DNA from: an uncultured bacterium | GTDB lineage: Bacteria; Babelota; Babeliae; Babelales; Babelaceae | Assembly: GCA_963722385.1 (NCBI GenBank) | Contig: CAVRKK010000002.1 | Coordinates: 960,001 to 1,024,000, forward strand | Direction of reading: 5' to 3' | DNA: 64,000 bases | Shown: positions 61,686-64,000 of the stretch, in pieces | Layout: each line of letters opens with the position of its first letter | How positions within the stretch are numbered: position 1 is the first letter of the stretch | Notes under the pieces: generated by a model | The model's input: only the letters and a program-made list of their open reading frames with translations | Databases searched by the model: none | Told to the model about the DNA's origin: nothing | Translations under genes and position numbers: made by a program

Positions 61686-62435
61686 ATGAATCTGAGATTG
61701 TTAACATTTATAAGCGCCTTGCTTCTGATGGGTCTTGCTGGTGCCGCTGAAGAATCGCATGTTGCACGAGTTGATGGGCCAGTAGCTATAGACCGTGAGG
61801 TAGGGGGAGCATTTACGGGTGTAAAGTCGATGACGTCGGCAAATGTCTTTATTACGGTGGGTGAACCTCAGGCTATTATGCTCAAGGGGAACAAGGAAGA
61901 TCTTAGTCGTATTATTATGACCGTTGAAAACGGCGTATTAAAGATTCAAGAAAAGTCGCTATGTCGCAAAGGTGGGCGTCGTTTTTGTGACCATGGTATG
62001 AGGAGTCGAGAAATTGAGGTACACATTAAGGTACCCGCTCTTAAGAATGTTGTTCTGGCAGGCGCGGGTAAAATAGAGATTAATAAGGTTGAGGGCGATT
62101 CATTTTCTGCTTTTTTAAGCGGTAGTGGTGATATTTTACTTCCCTCAGTGCGTGTTAATAAGCTTGAAATAGACCTAACAGGATCTGGTAAAATAAATGC
62201 TCGAGGTAGTGCAGAAGAGGTCAGCGTTGAGCTTACTGGCAGTGGCAATGTTAATGTCCTTGATTTAGTTGCTCAAGCTGGTCGGGTACTGCTTACCGGA
62301 TCAGGTAATGTAGAAGTAAACGCAACGAATAAATTGACCGTCAAAATCTCCGGAAGCGGAAATGTTTTCTATCGAGGTAACCCATGCCTAGAGAAGCGGG
62401 TTACTGGTAGCGGCAACGTGCGTAAGGCATGGTAG
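61686..62435 (+). CDS. DUF2807/GIN-domain putative adhesin, tandem paralog
   Basis: VENGVL, repeated [ST]GSG, YRGNP. Confidence 0.88.
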   Translation: MNLRLLTFISALLLMGLAGAAEESHVARVDGPVAIDREVGGAFTGVKSMTSANVFITVGEPQAIMLKGNKEDLSRIIMTVENGVLKIQEKSLCRKGGRRFCDHGMRSREIEVHIKVPALKNVVLAGAGKIEINKVEGDSFSAFLSGSGDILLPSVRVNKLEIDLTGSGKINARGSAEEVSVELTGSGNVNVLDLVAQAGRVLLTGSGNVEVNATNKLTVKISGSGNVFYRGNPCLEKRVTGSGNVRKAW

Positions 62436-62467
62436 TTTTCAGTTTTCCCTTATATTTAGTTTGTTGA

Positions 62468-62501
62468 TGAGGGGTTGTCGAAAGATGGCTCCTCTCTTTT
62501 T
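62468..62501 (+). terminator. Probable intrinsic terminator
   Basis: GAGGGGTTGTC-GAAA-GATGGCTCCTC followed by T-rich tract. Confidence 0.65.
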
Positions 62502-62682
62502 CGTTAGAATAAAACGCTAGGGTAAAATCACTTGCTTGGCGCGATTAAATCGGAATTAACGTCTATGCGCGAGCATGAATGGCCCATGCTGACCGCGGCA
62601 AAGGTATCCCAAAATCTCTCTGCACTCTGTAACCAAGGTCCTTGGAATATGATCATGCATTGAGTAGCAAGGCTAATTTACT

Positions 62683-63082
62683 GTCTGTGCGGCGAGCACT
62701 GAATGGCCCTCCGCGGCCAGCGGCAAGGCGGGGTTATCGCAAACCCCCCTTGCAACCTATGCGCCACGGTTCCCTGGACCCTTGGAACGGCCCTAACTAC
62801 TGCACCTTGCATGCTGCTCCTTCTCTACGCTACAGAGCCAGGGACGCATGCGTCGGGCTATTCGTAGAGCCTAATGAGGCTTTTCTTTTATTTATCCATT
62901 GTTTTGGAAACTATTTATTAAAAGGATTATTGAATTCTTCACCGGAGGTGAATGCGAAAGTGCCTAGCCATGTGCCCCCACATGGGTATGGCACATTAAC
63001 AAGCAATAAATGCAGCATGTTGAGCAGCAGAGACCAAATCGATTGGTGCAGGACTAAGTCCTGCCGCTCGCCGCGGAGGCGC
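62683..63082. other. Unidentified highly base-paired non-coding element (candidate ncRNA or MITE-like element)
   Basis: 17/18 inverted repeat 62708-62725 / 63062-63079 enclosing nested stems. Confidence 0.5.
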
Positions 63083-63243
63083 TCCAAAAAGAACGGAGAT
63101 ATTTTGTTTCCCGGCAGGTCGTCGAGTAAGCAGGACAATTAGGTGAAACGGCGATATTCGTAAGATTTCTTAATTTTCTTTAATTTAGATAGATAGCGGG
63201 AGGTTGGTGGCCAACAACTTTCCCTCTCCCGTTAAGCTTAAGC

Positions 63244-64000
63244 CAGGGCCGGCTCACTTAAAAAATTAAAAAACTAAGATATAATGGTTCTCAAAAAAAC
63301 CGGGAGAACCAAGATGGAAGACAGAAATATTAGTTTTTTGGATTATATAGGTGAACTAGAAGACCCAAGAATTGAAAGAGGAAAACTGCATTCAATGGCA
63401 GATATTCTTTTTTTAACTCTGGTAGGGGTTATAAGTGGGTGCGAGGGTTGGAAAGATATCGAATACTACGGAAAAGCTCGATTAGACATACTTAAAAAGT
63501 ATCTACCATTTGAAAATGGGGTACCAAGCGATGATACGTTAAGGAGATTTTTTAGAGCACTTGATCCTAATGAGTTTTCTAAAATATTTGTAAAATGGGT
63601 AAGCGATTTAGTAGCATCAGTAAGGGATAACAGAGACACTGATGATGCAAGAACAGTAGCCATAGATGGGAAAGTGACAAAAAGAAGCTTTGATCAGGGT
63701 GAAACAGAAGATAAAGAGCCTCTTTATCTAGTCAATGCATTTGCGACAGATGTTAGAATGGTCCTTTGTCAAAAAAAGGTAGAAGGAAAATCGAATGAAA
63801 TAACGGCTATCCCGCAGCTCTTGGACTTAATTGATATCTGCGGTGCGATAGTGACGATTGATGCAATAGGGACCCAGAAAAAAATTGCTCAAAAGATTAT
63901 TGACAAAAAAGGGGATTATTTGCTTAATGTAAAGGGCAATCAAGGCGATCTTCTTGAAGAAATAAAAACTTTCTTTGAAATAGAAAGCGAATCAAAATAT
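63244..64000 (+). mobile_element. Second ISAs1-family IS copy, truncated by the window end
   Basis: Same left IR CAGGGCCGGCTCA; nearly identical to 20546 copy. Confidence 0.96.
63314..64000 (+). CDS. ISAs1-family transposase, partial
   Basis: MEDRNISFLDY... same as 20617 ORF apart from one V-to-I change noticed. Confidence 0.95.
   Translation, partial: MEDRNISFLDYIGELEDPRIERGKLHSMADILFLTLVGVISGCEGWKDIEYYGKARLDILKKYLPFENGVPSDDTLRRFFRALDPNEFSKIFVKWVSDLVASVRDNRDTDDARTVAIDGKVTKRSFDQGETEDKEPLYLVNAFATDVRMVLCQKKVEGKSNEITAIPQLLDLIDICGAIVTIDAIGTQKKIAQKIIDKKGDYLLNVKGNQGDLLEEIKTFFEIESESKY

Noticed and set aside
62642..63142. 166-aa ORF, or identification as RNase P RNA, tmRNA or group II intron
   Set aside because: Atypical composition with TTG start and no RBS; GAGGAAAGTCC, tRNA-like ends and domain V are absent on both strands
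60620..64000. Integrative element at tRNA-Tyr
   Set aside because: No integrase or duplicated tRNA 3' end seen in the window

Overview
Bacterial chromosome segment, most likely from an intracellular protist parasite of the Babeliae (TM6/Dependentiae) lineage; this is inferred from a divergent 16S, many signal-peptide ankyrin genes and a dispersed atpG, not from a database search. The window holds one full rRNA operon (16S, tRNA-Ile, tRNA-Ala, 23S, 5S). Its 23S gene carries two group I introns around a 28-nt exon: an ORF-less intron at L1923 that ends in A instead of the conserved G, and an L1951 intron encoding a LAGLIDADG homing endonuclease. Also present: housekeeping genes (prfB, gmk, murA, atpG, tsaE, tRNA-Tyr), two nearly identical ISAs1-family IS copies, a tnpB relic and a frameshifted higB with intact higA. 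Much of the rest encodes exported candidate effectors: ankyrin and ankyrin/F-box-like proteins, an orphan LHH nuclease with NLS-like patches, a kinase-fold protein, prion-like proteins and exported glycosyltransferases. The strongest leads are (1) a recurrent Met-(Glu/Asp) immediately after the predicted signal-peptide cleavage site, largely confined to effector-like proteins, (2) a J-domain fused to a paralogous beta-barrel-like family, (3) the omega-A intron, and (4) an unannotated, extensively base-paired ~400-nt element near 62.7-63.1 kb.
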